A stretch of DNA of 64,000 bases, taken from positions 16,749 through 80,748 of the forward strand of contig CAMTXC010000005.1 of assembly GCA_947085635.1 (NCBI GenBank). Direction: 5' to 3'. The stretch comes from an uncultured Actinomycetes bacterium (GTDB taxonomy: Bacteria > Actinomycetota > Thermoleophilia > RBG-16-64-13). How positions within the stretch are numbered: the first letter of the stretch is position 1; each line of letters opens with the position of its first letter. Under the pieces are notes generated by a model that was not told the origin of the DNA, ran no database searches, and saw only the letters and a program-made list of their open reading frames with translations. Of this stretch, positions 37,417 to 45,834 are shown in pieces. Made by a program: the position numbers and the translations under genes.

Positions 37417-38436
37417 ATGAGCCACGTGCGTCACTCGTGGATGGGGCCGACGGCGGAGAACGATGACGGGCGGGGCCGCCTAGTGAGACTCTTGGTGCTC
37501 CTGGAGCCGTCGGACGACGTGCGCATCCCGCCTCAGCGAGATCGGCGTTCGGGCGGGATGCGCACCGAGCGGCAGGTGCGCCGGCCGGATCCGGCCGGCG
37601 CCCGCGCTCTCGACATCGCGCTCGCGCTGAGGGCGGCTCGGCCCGGTACGGAGGTCGTCTCAATGCTTCTCGGCTCCGAGAACGACGACACCTTCCTCCG
37701 AGAGACCCTCGCTCGGGGCTGCGATGAGGCCATCCGCATATGGGACGAGGAGTGTCTCCGCCTGCACGCCCCCGGCAAGGCCGTGATACTGGCGGCGGCC
37801 GCCCGGGCCGCCCGCTGTGGCCTGGTGCTGACAGGGGCGGCGAGCGAGACTACGGCGTCGGCCCAGGTGGGCGTCCTGGTGGCCGCCCACCTGGGCGTGC
37901 CTTGTGTCACACAGGCCGTGGATCTCGAGGTGCCGGCCGGGGGGCTCGAGGGATCGCCGGTGCGCGCCACCGGCGTGGGCCCGGCAGTCGCGCCCGGCCC
38001 GGTGCGCGCCACCCGCGGACTGGCCGGCGGCTTCCGAGAGATCGTGGAGGTGTCGCCGCCGGCGGTGATCACATTCGTGCCCGCGGAGCCTGACGTCTCG
38101 GTCGCCCCGCTCATCGCGATTCTCGATGCGCACTCTCGTCAGATCCCGGTATGGGACCTGGCCGAGCTCGGCGTCCCGCGCGAGGACGTCCGCCGCGCCG
38201 ATGGATCGCTGCGCTATGGGCGCCTGCGCACTCCGCGGCCGACCGTGCGAGGTGTGCCCGCTCCCGATTCCGCAGCCCCGGCGTTCGAGCGCATCGGGGA
38301 ACTCGTGCGCGGGACTGTGCGACGGAGGGATGGGCGGGTGTCCAGCCGACCGGTGGAGGAGTTGGCGGACGAGCTGTTCCAGGCGCTGCGCGACGGAGGG
38401 TGGCTGGACCACCTGCGTCAGGGGGAGATGGAGTGA
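37417..38436 (+). CDS. fixA: Electron transfer flavoprotein beta-subunit-like (FixA) with a C-terminal extension
   Basis: PDPAGARALDIALAL...GCDEAIRIWD...LVLTGAASETTASAQVGVLVAAHLGVPCVTQA...PPAVITF matches the ETF-beta fold pattern. It is about 80 aa longer than typical, and the start is uncertain. Confidence 0.75.
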   Translation: MSHVRHSWMGPTAENDDGRGRLVRLLVLLEPSDDVRIPPQRDRRSGGMRTERQVRRPDPAGARALDIALALRAARPGTEVVSMLLGSENDDTFLRETLARGCDEAIRIWDEECLRLHAPGKAVILAAAARAARCGLVLTGAASETTASAQVGVLVAAHLGVPCVTQAVDLEVPAGGLEGSPVRATGVGPAVAPGPVRATRGLAGGFREIVEVSPPAVITFVPAEPDVSVAPLIAILDAHSRQIPVWDLAELGVPREDVRRADGSLRYGRLRTPRPTVRGVPAPDSAAPAFERIGELVRGTVRRRDGRVSSRPVEELADELFQALRDGGWLDHLRQGEME

Positions 38437-39968
38437 TCCCGCTCTCTTACCGGCTCCGCGAAGGCGTTCGGATTGAGACGGCCGGCACCGGGTGGACGGC
38501 GGTGTCCGAGCTGCCCCTGGCCGTGGTCCGGGTGAACGCGGCGGCCGCCAGGTTGCTCGAACTCACGCGGGGAGGGAGCCGAGTGGCCGACCTGGCGGCC
38601 GCCCTCTCCACCGACCAGGAACGCATCCTCCATCTGTGCGAGTACTTCCGGCGCCGGGGCATGCTCGATGTCGACCTTTCGCCTGCCGCGGACGCGGGCA
38701 GCGCAGCCGGGCCGTCGATCTCTGTGATCGTGCCCACCAAGGACCGTGCGGACGAGCTCGAGGACTGCCTGGTCGCGCTGTTCGCGATGGACTACCCGCG
38801 CGAGAGGTTCGAGGCGATCGTGGTGGACGACGGTTCGCGCGACGACACTGCGGACGTCGCGCGCAGACATCCGTGCCGGTACCTCGCCAATGATCGGAAC
38901 CGCGGGCAGTCGTACTCGCGCAATGTGGGGGCCCGGGCGGCGTCGGGGGAGATCCTGGCCTTCATCGATAGCGATTGCGTCGCCTCCCCCGAGTGGTTGC
39001 GTGAGCTCGTCCCGTTCTTCTCGTGGCCTGCGCTCGCCGCCGTCGGCGGTTTCGTGGCCGGATACCACGACGAGTCCCGGCTCGATCGCTACGAGCAGGC
39101 GGCCTCTTCCCTCAATATGGGGGACCGTCTGATCCTGATGGCAGACGACCGCTCGATGTCCTACGTGCCCACATGCAACCTGCTCGTGCGCAGGGAGGCC
39201 TACCTCGCTCTTGGCGGGCTCAGGGAGGACCTGCGTGTGGGCGAAGATGTCGATCTGTGCTGGCGACTGCGGGCGGCGGGGTGGCGCCTGGTCTACTCGC
39301 CTACCGGCACAGTCAGGCATCGCCACCGCAACCGCCTGCGTGAGATGCTCAAGCGCCGCGCTGCGTACGGCACCTCGGAAGCGACACTCCACGCCCTCCA
39401 CCCCGACAAGCGCAAGACGATGCCCGTGCGCTTCCTGCCGGCGCTGACCGCGGTGATCGTCGCCGCGGCGGCGGTGGGGCTCGAACCGCGGTTGCTTCCG
39501 CTCTGTCTGGTGCCCCTGGCGGGCGACGGCGTGCGCAGCAGTGTCCGCCTGGCGCGCGAGGGCGTCCAGGTCCGCTCGAGCCGGGTGTGGTTCGCCGCGA
39601 TCCGGGGCCACCTGTCGTTCCTGTATTCGGTGTCGTTCCACCTGGTCCGCTACTACCTTGTGGTGCTCGTGGCGGCGGGGCTCGCGGCACCGGGCCTCTG
39701 GCTTCTGGCGCTCGCCGCACTCGTCTACGTGGCGGCCGTGGACTACGTGGTGAAGCGGCCGCGGCTGGCCTTCCCTGTCTTCCTGTGGTTCTCACTGGCG
39801 GAGCACGCGGCGTATCAGGTTGGCGTCCTCGCCGGGTGCGTGCGCCGGGGTACCTTCCGCTCCTACGTGGTCAGGTTCGGCCGGGCCGAGGGGCCCGGCC
39901 GCGTCGGTCGCGCTTCCGGGGTGCTCCGTTCCTCCGTTCGCTTCGGGCGGGCCCCCTCCGGCTTGTAG
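38433..39968 (+). CDS. mftF: Mycofactocin-system glycosyltransferase
   Basis: PqqD-like N-terminal segment, then a GT2 core (ISVIVPTKDRADEL, VVDDGSRDDT, AFIDSDC, GEDVDLCWR) and C-terminal TM helices. GTG 38433 overlaps the fixA stop. Confidence 0.8.
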   Translation: MIPLSYRLREGVRIETAGTGWTAVSELPLAVVRVNAAAARLLELTRGGSRVADLAAALSTDQERILHLCEYFRRRGMLDVDLSPAADAGSAAGPSISVIVPTKDRADELEDCLVALFAMDYPRERFEAIVVDDGSRDDTADVARRHPCRYLANDRNRGQSYSRNVGARAASGEILAFIDSDCVASPEWLRELVPFFSWPALAAVGGFVAGYHDESRLDRYEQAASSLNMGDRLILMADDRSMSYVPTCNLLVRREAYLALGGLREDLRVGEDVDLCWRLRAAGWRLVYSPTGTVRHRHRNRLREMLKRRAAYGTSEATLHALHPDKRKTMPVRFLPALTAVIVAAAAVGLEPRLLPLCLVPLAGDGVRSSVRLAREGVQVRSSRVWFAAIRGHLSFLYSVSFHLVRYYLVVLVAAGLAAPGLWLLALAALVYVAAVDYVVKRPRLAFPVFLWFSLAEHAAYQVGVLAGCVRRGTFRSYVVRFGRAEGPGRVGRASGVLRSSVRFGRAPSGL

Positions 39969-39994
39969 CAGCCGCCCCTCGGGTCCGAGTGACG

Positions 39995-40711
39995 CTACTC
40001 CTTCGACTCGAGACGAACCTGGGCCATCCGGTTCTCCATATTCTGCAGATGTCGGGCCATCCCTTGGGCCGCTCCCGCTGGGTCGCGCCCGGCGATGCGG
40101 TCGCATATCTCCTCGTGATCCTCGAGAATCTCCTTCAGGGCGCCCTCCTGAGCGATGAGCTCGTTGGTCTCCTTTTTTAGAGCGATGCGCACGGAGGTGA
40201 TGATGCTGAAGTACACCTCGTTCTTGGAGGCTTCCGCTATGTGCAGGTGGAAGACCACGTCCTCCTCGATGAAGCGGGCGGGTTTGTCGACCACGCTCCG
40301 CATCCGTTCCAGGTCCTCCTTCAGCGTCGCTATCTCCCCTTCCTCGGCGCGGACGGAGGCCAGTTCGGCGGTTCTTACCTCGATGAGCTTCCGCGCCTCC
40401 ATCAGCTGCGCCCACCCGGTAGTGGCCGTCCCGAAAGGCGTGGTGGCGGCGAACGAATCGGCAGGGTCGGGCGGCTTTACGAAGGTGCCGCCGTTGTAGC
40501 CCCGCTTCACGTACAGGAAGCCGGTGAGCTCGAGTACCTTCAACGCCTCCCGGATGGCGGAGCGCCCCACGTTGAATTGCCTTGCGAGGTCGGTCTCACT
40601 GGGCAGCTTCTGTCCCGGCTCCAGGTTGCCCAGGAGGATCTCACGCTGGATGCTGCGGGCCACCTTCTCGAAGAAGCGCTCGTTCTTGAGCGGCTTGAAC
40701 ATCTTGGCCAT
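39995..40711 (-). CDS. GntR-family transcriptional regulator (FadR/FCD subfamily)
   Basis: LPSETDLARQFNVGRSAIREALKVLE wHTH and an all-helical FCD-like C-terminal domain. Confidence 0.9.
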   Translation of the reverse strand: MAKMFKPLKNERFFEKVARSIQREILLGNLEPGQKLPSETDLARQFNVGRSAIREALKVLELTGFLYVKRGYNGGTFVKPPDPADSFAATTPFGTATTGWAQLMEARKLIEVRTAELASVRAEEGEIATLKEDLERMRSVVDKPARFIEEDVVFHLHIAEASKNEVYFSIITSVRIALKKETNELIAQEGALKEILEDHEEICDRIAGRDPAGAAQGMARHLQNMENRMAQVRLESKE

Positions 40712-40805
40712 CGGCTGTCACCTGCGCCTTTCGCGCGGTCGCGAGCGTTGCGTTGGACCCCTCACACGTCGCACGGGGTCGCTGCTGCTCTCCCTCCGAG
40801 AGTCG

Positions 40806-40835
40806 TTGACAGTGACCGCCCAGTCCGCACATTAT
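40806..40835 (+). promoter_or_regulatory. Candidate promoter of the kinase / ANTAR regulator operon
   Basis: TTGACA (40806-40811), 18-nt spacer, CATTAT (40830-40835). Confidence 0.35.
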
Positions 40836-40843
40836 CCTATCGT

Positions 40844-40853
40844 CAGACGTCAG
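40844..40853. promoter_or_regulatory. Operator-like site CAGACGTCAG in the GntR / kinase divergent region
   Basis: GTCAGACGTCAGAT, 9 of 10 match to CAGACGTCTG. Sits at the predicted +1 of the plus-strand promoter. Confidence 0.4.
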
Positions 40854-40914
40854 ATTCAGTCAACGTGGCACCGCGCGTGGTTCTGGGGGCGGCGACTGCC
40901 TGGACGCGGAGGTC

Positions 40915-43128
40915 GTGTGGTATTCGGAGGCGGTAGGGTTGACACTCGAGGGTCCCACGGCCGACGCCGTCACCGGGTGCCAGGGCGCAACCCGCGATCG
41001 TGTTCCCAGGTTGACACACGAGGTAGTCGCCGCTTATCATCCCTGTTGTCAGACGTTAGACTCCGTCGTGCTGGCCGTGGTGGAGTCAGACCTCCTGTTC
41101 GGCGTGGGAGTGGCGCATGGGTTCAGGCCTACGAAGCGGCGCGCGGTGGTCACCCGGGTGGAAGGCCACGTGGTGCACGAGATCGACGACCGTCCCGCGG
41201 CCGACGCCTGCGCGGATCTCATGGGTGTGGATGCTATCGGCGTCTATGACCAGACCGCCCAGTTCTCGCGGACCCCCTTCGGCGCCGCCGACGTGTACGG
41301 CGAGCACCACCTCCTCGTACTCGAGCGCGCCCTCGGCGACGGTTCGGTGCAGTTCGCGCCGAACATGGAGGGGATGCAGGCCATCACCGTGATGGAGACG
41401 GATCCGGAGAAACAGGCGACGGCGGCCCGGGAGGCCGTCGCCAAGGCGATCGACATCGGTCATGTGCAGGATCCGGCGGCCGTGTTCCTGTTCGTTTGCT
41501 CCATACTGTTCAGTGGGGACGCTCACGGGCCGCTGATGAACGAGCGGTCCCTGGAGCGGGTCGCGGGAGACGCCACGGTCGCCGGCTTCCACACGTTCGG
41601 AGAGTACGGTCTGAGCGACGAAGGCCTGCCCATCTACTGCAACCAATCGGTCGTCGCTCTCGTCATCGGCGACAAACTCGATCGCCTGGCGGCGGCCACG
41701 CGTCGCAACGCGAACGCGCTCAAGGAGATCGAAACCGAGTTGGAAGGCCGGACTAGGGAGCTGGCGGCCGTGAGAGCGGCGAACTCGATCGTGCTCGACA
41801 GTGAGAACTGGCCGAATTCGCTCGGTCGATACGAACGCATCATCAGCGATCTGACGGGCGCGCGGCACGCACGCTTCCAAGTGGATGTCGTTGGAGCGGC
41901 CGGAGCGGAGCTGACTGTCCCGCCCCGCCCGCTGCATGTGAACCAAGCGATCTTGCCGCTCACCAGCATGGGTCGGTCTCTGGGGTTCCTGGAGCTCGAC
42001 GGTGAGAAGGGGCTGCTCAGCTTGGAGGTGGCCGGCAGCATCTGCGACCTCGTGGCCCGCGCCGTTCACCGGCTTGTGATGGAGCGCACCATCGAAGAGC
42101 AGGCGCGGGAGATAGAGACGGTGAACGTGATCGCCCGCGAGATCGTGAACGCGGACAACAACCGCTCGGCGCTCATCAACATCGCCAGAGTGATCGAAGA
42201 GCATCAGGGGGCGCGCGGGTTCTCCTTGTGGTTGAATGGCGATGCACCCGAGCTCCTAGGGTGGGATGGTCCGTCGGAGGATCTCGAGGTCGAGTGTGCC
42301 CTTGTATCTCGTGTGCTCGAGTCGCGAACCATCGAGCGGAGCATGAGCGGGGGCATCGTTCGGATCGTCTCTCCCCTTCTCCTCAAAGACCGGGCCAACG
42401 GCGCGCTCGTGCTGAGGTTCGCGGCCGACAGCGTCCCGCTGGGTCTGGCCTTCCTCAACTACCTCTCCATGCCGCTGGCGGTCATGGCCGAGATGTACGT
42501 GAGGTACCGCGAGTCGAACGTGGCCCGGGAGATGCACCATCGGGTGAAGAACAACCTGCAGATCATCGCCAGCCTGCTGAATCTGCAATTGCGCCGCCTG
42601 CAGGATCCATCGGCCAAGGAAGCTCTCGAGAGCAGCATCCGGCGCATCATGAGCATCGCCGTCGTACACGAGGTTCTGTCGGAACGGTACACCGGGCTCG
42701 TCGATCCGGTGTCCATCGTACAGAACGTATCCGATTCCGTGCTGCGTGCGATGTCGGGCCCGAACCAGGCGATCTCGGTGTCGGTGAAGGGTCAACCGGG
42801 TCTGACGTTGAACTCGCAGCAGGCGACGAGCGTGGCGGTGGTTGTGAACGAGCTTCTTGGGAACGCCCTCAAGCACGGATTTCGGGAACGTGCGGAGGGT
42901 CGGATCTCGGTCGATCTCGGTCAGGAGAACGGGTCGTTCACGCTCGTCGTGAGGGACGATGGCGACGGCCCTCCCGAGGGATTCGATCTCTCGCGCGACC
43001 AGGGTCTTGGGCTGCAACTCATCGGGACGATCGTGGCGGGCGAGCTTCGCGGGGACTTCACGGTGGGCGGGGGAGGGTCGGGGATGGAGGCCAGCGTCAC
43101 CTTCCCGCGTGATCCGGTGCATGGATAG
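40915..43128 (+). CDS. Sensor histidine kinase: partial FIST domain, GAF-like region, HisKA_2, HATPase
   Basis: FIST_C-like GFHTFGEYG, a coiled linker, HHRVKNNLQIIASLLNLQ (HisKA_2) and NELLGNALKHGF...GLGLQLI. The N-terminal FIST part looks short and the start is uncertain. Confidence 0.8.
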   Translation: MWYSEAVGLTLEGPTADAVTGCQGATRDRVPRLTHEVVAAYHPCCQTLDSVVLAVVESDLLFGVGVAHGFRPTKRRAVVTRVEGHVVHEIDDRPAADACADLMGVDAIGVYDQTAQFSRTPFGAADVYGEHHLLVLERALGDGSVQFAPNMEGMQAITVMETDPEKQATAAREAVAKAIDIGHVQDPAAVFLFVCSILFSGDAHGPLMNERSLERVAGDATVAGFHTFGEYGLSDEGLPIYCNQSVVALVIGDKLDRLAAATRRNANALKEIETELEGRTRELAAVRAANSIVLDSENWPNSLGRYERIISDLTGARHARFQVDVVGAAGAELTVPPRPLHVNQAILPLTSMGRSLGFLELDGEKGLLSLEVAGSICDLVARAVHRLVMERTIEEQAREIETVNVIAREIVNADNNRSALINIARVIEEHQGARGFSLWLNGDAPELLGWDGPSEDLEVECALVSRVLESRTIERSMSGGIVRIVSPLLLKDRANGALVLRFAADSVPLGLAFLNYLSMPLAVMAEMYVRYRESNVAREMHHRVKNNLQIIASLLNLQLRRLQDPSAKEALESSIRRIMSIAVVHEVLSERYTGLVDPVSIVQNVSDSVLRAMSGPNQAISVSVKGQPGLTLNSQQATSVAVVVNELLGNALKHGFRERAEGRISVDLGQENGSFTLVVRDDGDGPPEGFDLSRDQGLGLQLIGTIVAGELRGDFTVGGGGSGMEASVTFPRDPVHG
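41050..41061. promoter_or_regulatory. Operator-like site CAGACGTTAGAC inside the annotated 5' end of the kinase ORF
   Basis: GTCAGACGTTAGAC has the same one-T-insertion variant as 18678-18688. Confidence 0.3.
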
Positions 43129-43756
43129 CGGGAGAGGCCGGGTGGAGGGGCTGCGAATACTGATAGTCGACGACGAGTCCATCATCCGCATGGATCTGCG
43201 GGAGATGCTCACCGAGATGGGACACGACGTCGTGGGTGAAGCCGATGACGGAGATAAGGCCGTGAGTCTGGCCCGGAGCCTCGATCCCGATCTCATGTTC
43301 CTTGACATCAAGATGCCGCGGATGGACGGTCTCGAGGCGCTCCGCCTGATGAACCGTGAAGACGCGCGGCCCGTGGTCGTGCTGACGGCGTTCAGTGAGC
43401 GGTCGGTGATCGAACAGGCTGTCGAGCTCGGGGCGAGGGCGTATCTGGTGAAGCCCTTCGAGTCGGCCAACCTGCTGCCCGCCATACATCTGGCGATGGC
43501 TCACTCCTCGGAGCTGCGCGCTCTGCGCGACGAGAACGAGTCGCTCAAGGAGGCGATACGCGCGAGCAGGCTGGTGAATCGCGCGAAAGCCCTCCTCGCG
43601 GAGCAGGAGGGGATCAACGAGCACGAAGCATTCAGGCGGATCCAGAAACTCAGCATGGACAAGAACAGGAAGATGGCGGACATCGCTGAGGCGATCATCA
43701 CGCTTTTTGCCAAGGACCGGGCGGCGCAGGGGGCCGGAGCCACTCGGACTTCTTGA
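43121..43756 (+). CDS. Response regulator with ANTAR RNA-binding output domain
   Basis: Receiver domain (ILIVDDE...DLMFLDIKMPRMDG) plus ANTAR helices (RLVNRAKALLAEQEGINEHEAFRRIQKLSMDKNRKMADIAEAI). Overlaps the kinase stop. Confidence 0.9.
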   Translation: MDSGRGRVEGLRILIVDDESIIRMDLREMLTEMGHDVVGEADDGDKAVSLARSLDPDLMFLDIKMPRMDGLEALRLMNREDARPVVVLTAFSERSVIEQAVELGARAYLVKPFESANLLPAIHLAMAHSSELRALRDENESLKEAIRASRLVNRAKALLAEQEGINEHEAFRRIQKLSMDKNRKMADIAEAIITLFAKDRAAQGAGATRTS

Positions 43757-43781
43757 CACTCCCCAGAGCGAGTTGTATCTT
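43753..43781 (+). promoter_or_regulatory. Candidate promoter of the AOR operon
   Basis: TTGACA (43753-43758), 17-nt spacer, TATCTT (43776-43781). Confidence 0.4.
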
Positions 43782-43832
43782 CTGACTGTGGTCCTGGCTG
43801 ACGGCAGCGAGTCGTGCAACTGGGGTCAGTGT

Positions 43833-43886
43833 GGAAGTGATGGCGCTTCCCGGCGCGGTGATGGGTCCGTGTGGGGGGCGCTTTTT
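43833..43886 (+). terminator. Leader B: conserved hairpin overlapping an intrinsic terminator (candidate ANTAR target)
   Basis: Hairpin GGAAG-U-GAUGGC-G-CUUCC at 43833-43850. Terminator stem GCGCTTCCC (43843-43851) / GGGGGGCGC (43873-43881), 9 bp including 2 G-U pairs, followed by TTTTT. Confidence 0.5.
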
Positions 43887-43942
43887 GTGTTGGTCGGGGC
43901 TGCGTGGCGGCGCTCGGCAAGGGTACCGGCGGAAGGAGTGGC

Positions 43943-45817
43943 ATGTTGCAGGGGGGTTACACGGGGAAGATCCTGCGGGTCGATCTCTCCCAAAGGGAGG
44001 CACGCACCGAAGAGGTCTCTGTCGAGCTCGCCAAGAACTACATCGGCGGCGCGGGGTTCGGGATCAAGACGCTTTATGACGAAGTGCCGGCCGGAACGGA
44101 TGCACTGGGACCGGACAACAAGCTCATCTTCGCCTGCGGGCCGCTGTCGGGGAGCGACACCCCCTGCGCCAGCCGGATGGCTGTGACCTCGAAGAGCCCC
44201 TTGACGGGGGCGGTGGGCATGGCTCTCACCGGAGGCTTCTTCCCCGCGGAGCTGAAGTTCGCCGGGTATGACGCGCTGATCGTGGAGGGCACGGCGGAAG
44301 CGCCCACGTACGTCACCATCGATGGTGACACCGTCCAGTTCCGTGACGCGCAGGGATTGTGGGGCACGAATACTTCCGACTGCCAGCAGATGATCAAGGA
44401 TGCCCTGAAGGACCAGGGGTACAGGATCGCCTGTATCGGCCCGGCCGGCGAGAACCTGAGCCGCCTCGCGTGCATCATCAACGAGCGCCGAGCTGCGGGA
44501 CGCAAGGGCCTGGGAGCCGTGATGGGCTCCAAGAACTTGAAGGCCATCGCGGTGCGGGGGCATGGCGAGGTGGCGGTCGCCGATCCGGAAGCCTACAAGG
44601 CCGCACGCTCCTCGTTTCGCGAGCACATGCGGGAGAGCCCTGTTCTCTACTCTCAGTTCGCGAAGCTTGGCACGCCCATGGTGGTAGATGTGGTGGGCGC
44701 CATGGGGATGCTCGCCGCCAAGAACTGGCGGGCCACCGGCGAGTTCCTCCCGGTGGACGAGCTGGGCATGGAGGCCGGGAAGGCCGTCACCGTCGGCCGG
44801 AACCCGTGCCAGGGGTGTCCGGTGGCGTGTAGTCAGCTGAAGCTGGCGCGCAGCGCCCCGTACGCCGGCATCATGGCGGAGGGCCCCGAGTTCGAAAGCA
44901 TCTACTCCCTGGGCACGCAATGCGGAGTGGACAACATGGACGCCGTCATCGCCGCGGATCGCCTGTGCGACGAACTCGGCTTGGATACGATGTCGGCGGG
45001 TGTCACGGTCGGCTTCGCGATGGAGCTCTACGAGCGGGGCGCTCTCTCCGCCGTGGACAGCGGCGACCTCGATCTCTCCTTCGGTAACGACCGCGCGATG
45101 ATCGCGCTCCTCGAGAAGATGGCGTACCGGGAAGGCATCGGCGACCTGCTGGCTGATGGAGTCAAAGAGGCGGCCGACCGTATCGGCGGCGACGCGTCCC
45201 GCTACGCGATGCACGTGAAGGGCCTCGAGCTGCCCGCGTACGACGTGCGGGGAGCGAAAGCGCACGGGTTGAACTACGCCACTTCATATACCGGAGCCGA
45301 TCACAATCGCGGATACGCATTCCAGGAGATATTCGGTATCCCCATCCCCAAAGAGGTGGATCGCTTCGCCGTGGAGGGCAAGGGCGAGCTCTGCAAGTGG
45401 AACCAGGACATCCGGACCGCCACGTGCGACTGTCCCACGATGTGCGCCTTCCTGCTCGACATGGCCGTCCCGGCAATCGCCGCCGAGAACGCTGCGGCTC
45501 TGCTGACCTCGCTCACCGGCGTCGCTTTTACCGCCGAAGAGGTGTTCCAGGTGGGCGAGCGCGTCAACAACCTTGCGCGGGCTTTTAGCGTCCGTGAGGG
45601 CTTCTCGCGCAAAGATGACACACTCCCCGATCGCGTCATGAACGAGCCGCTCGCCGCCGGCGGGTCCAAGGGGCACCACATCCCCCAGGAAGATCTCGAT
45701 CTCATGCTCGACGAGTACTACACTGCCAGGGGTTGGGACGTGGCAACAGGTACGCCCACCCGGCAGAAGCTCGAAGAGCTCGGTCTGGCTTCGGTCGCCG
45801 ACGACCTGGGCCTGTAG
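43943..45817 (+). CDS. Aldehyde:ferredoxin oxidoreductase (tungsto/molybdopterin AOR family)
   Basis: GGYTGKILRVDLS... N-terminal domain, GPDNKLIFACGPLSG, and the full-length AOR C-terminal domains. ATG 43943 after GGAAGGAG. Confidence 0.9.
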   Translation: MLQGGYTGKILRVDLSQREARTEEVSVELAKNYIGGAGFGIKTLYDEVPAGTDALGPDNKLIFACGPLSGSDTPCASRMAVTSKSPLTGAVGMALTGGFFPAELKFAGYDALIVEGTAEAPTYVTIDGDTVQFRDAQGLWGTNTSDCQQMIKDALKDQGYRIACIGPAGENLSRLACIINERRAAGRKGLGAVMGSKNLKAIAVRGHGEVAVADPEAYKAARSSFREHMRESPVLYSQFAKLGTPMVVDVVGAMGMLAAKNWRATGEFLPVDELGMEAGKAVTVGRNPCQGCPVACSQLKLARSAPYAGIMAEGPEFESIYSLGTQCGVDNMDAVIAADRLCDELGLDTMSAGVTVGFAMELYERGALSAVDSGDLDLSFGNDRAMIALLEKMAYREGIGDLLADGVKEAADRIGGDASRYAMHVKGLELPAYDVRGAKAHGLNYATSYTGADHNRGYAFQEIFGIPIPKEVDRFAVEGKGELCKWNQDIRTATCDCPTMCAFLLDMAVPAIAAENAAALLTSLTGVAFTAEEVFQVGERVNNLARAFSVREGFSRKDDTLPDRVMNEPLAAGGSKGHHIPQEDLDLMLDEYYTARGWDVATGTPTRQKLEELGLASVADDLGL

Positions 45818-45834
45818 GCGTTCGGAGCGGTGCC

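Noticed and set aside
38151-38432. N-terminal extension of the mftF ORF back to 38151
   Set aside because: This stretch overlaps the 3' end of the ETF-beta-like gene in another frame and translates to Arg/Ala/Gly-rich sequence. The conserved MftF sequence begins at GTG 38433, which overlaps the upstream stop.
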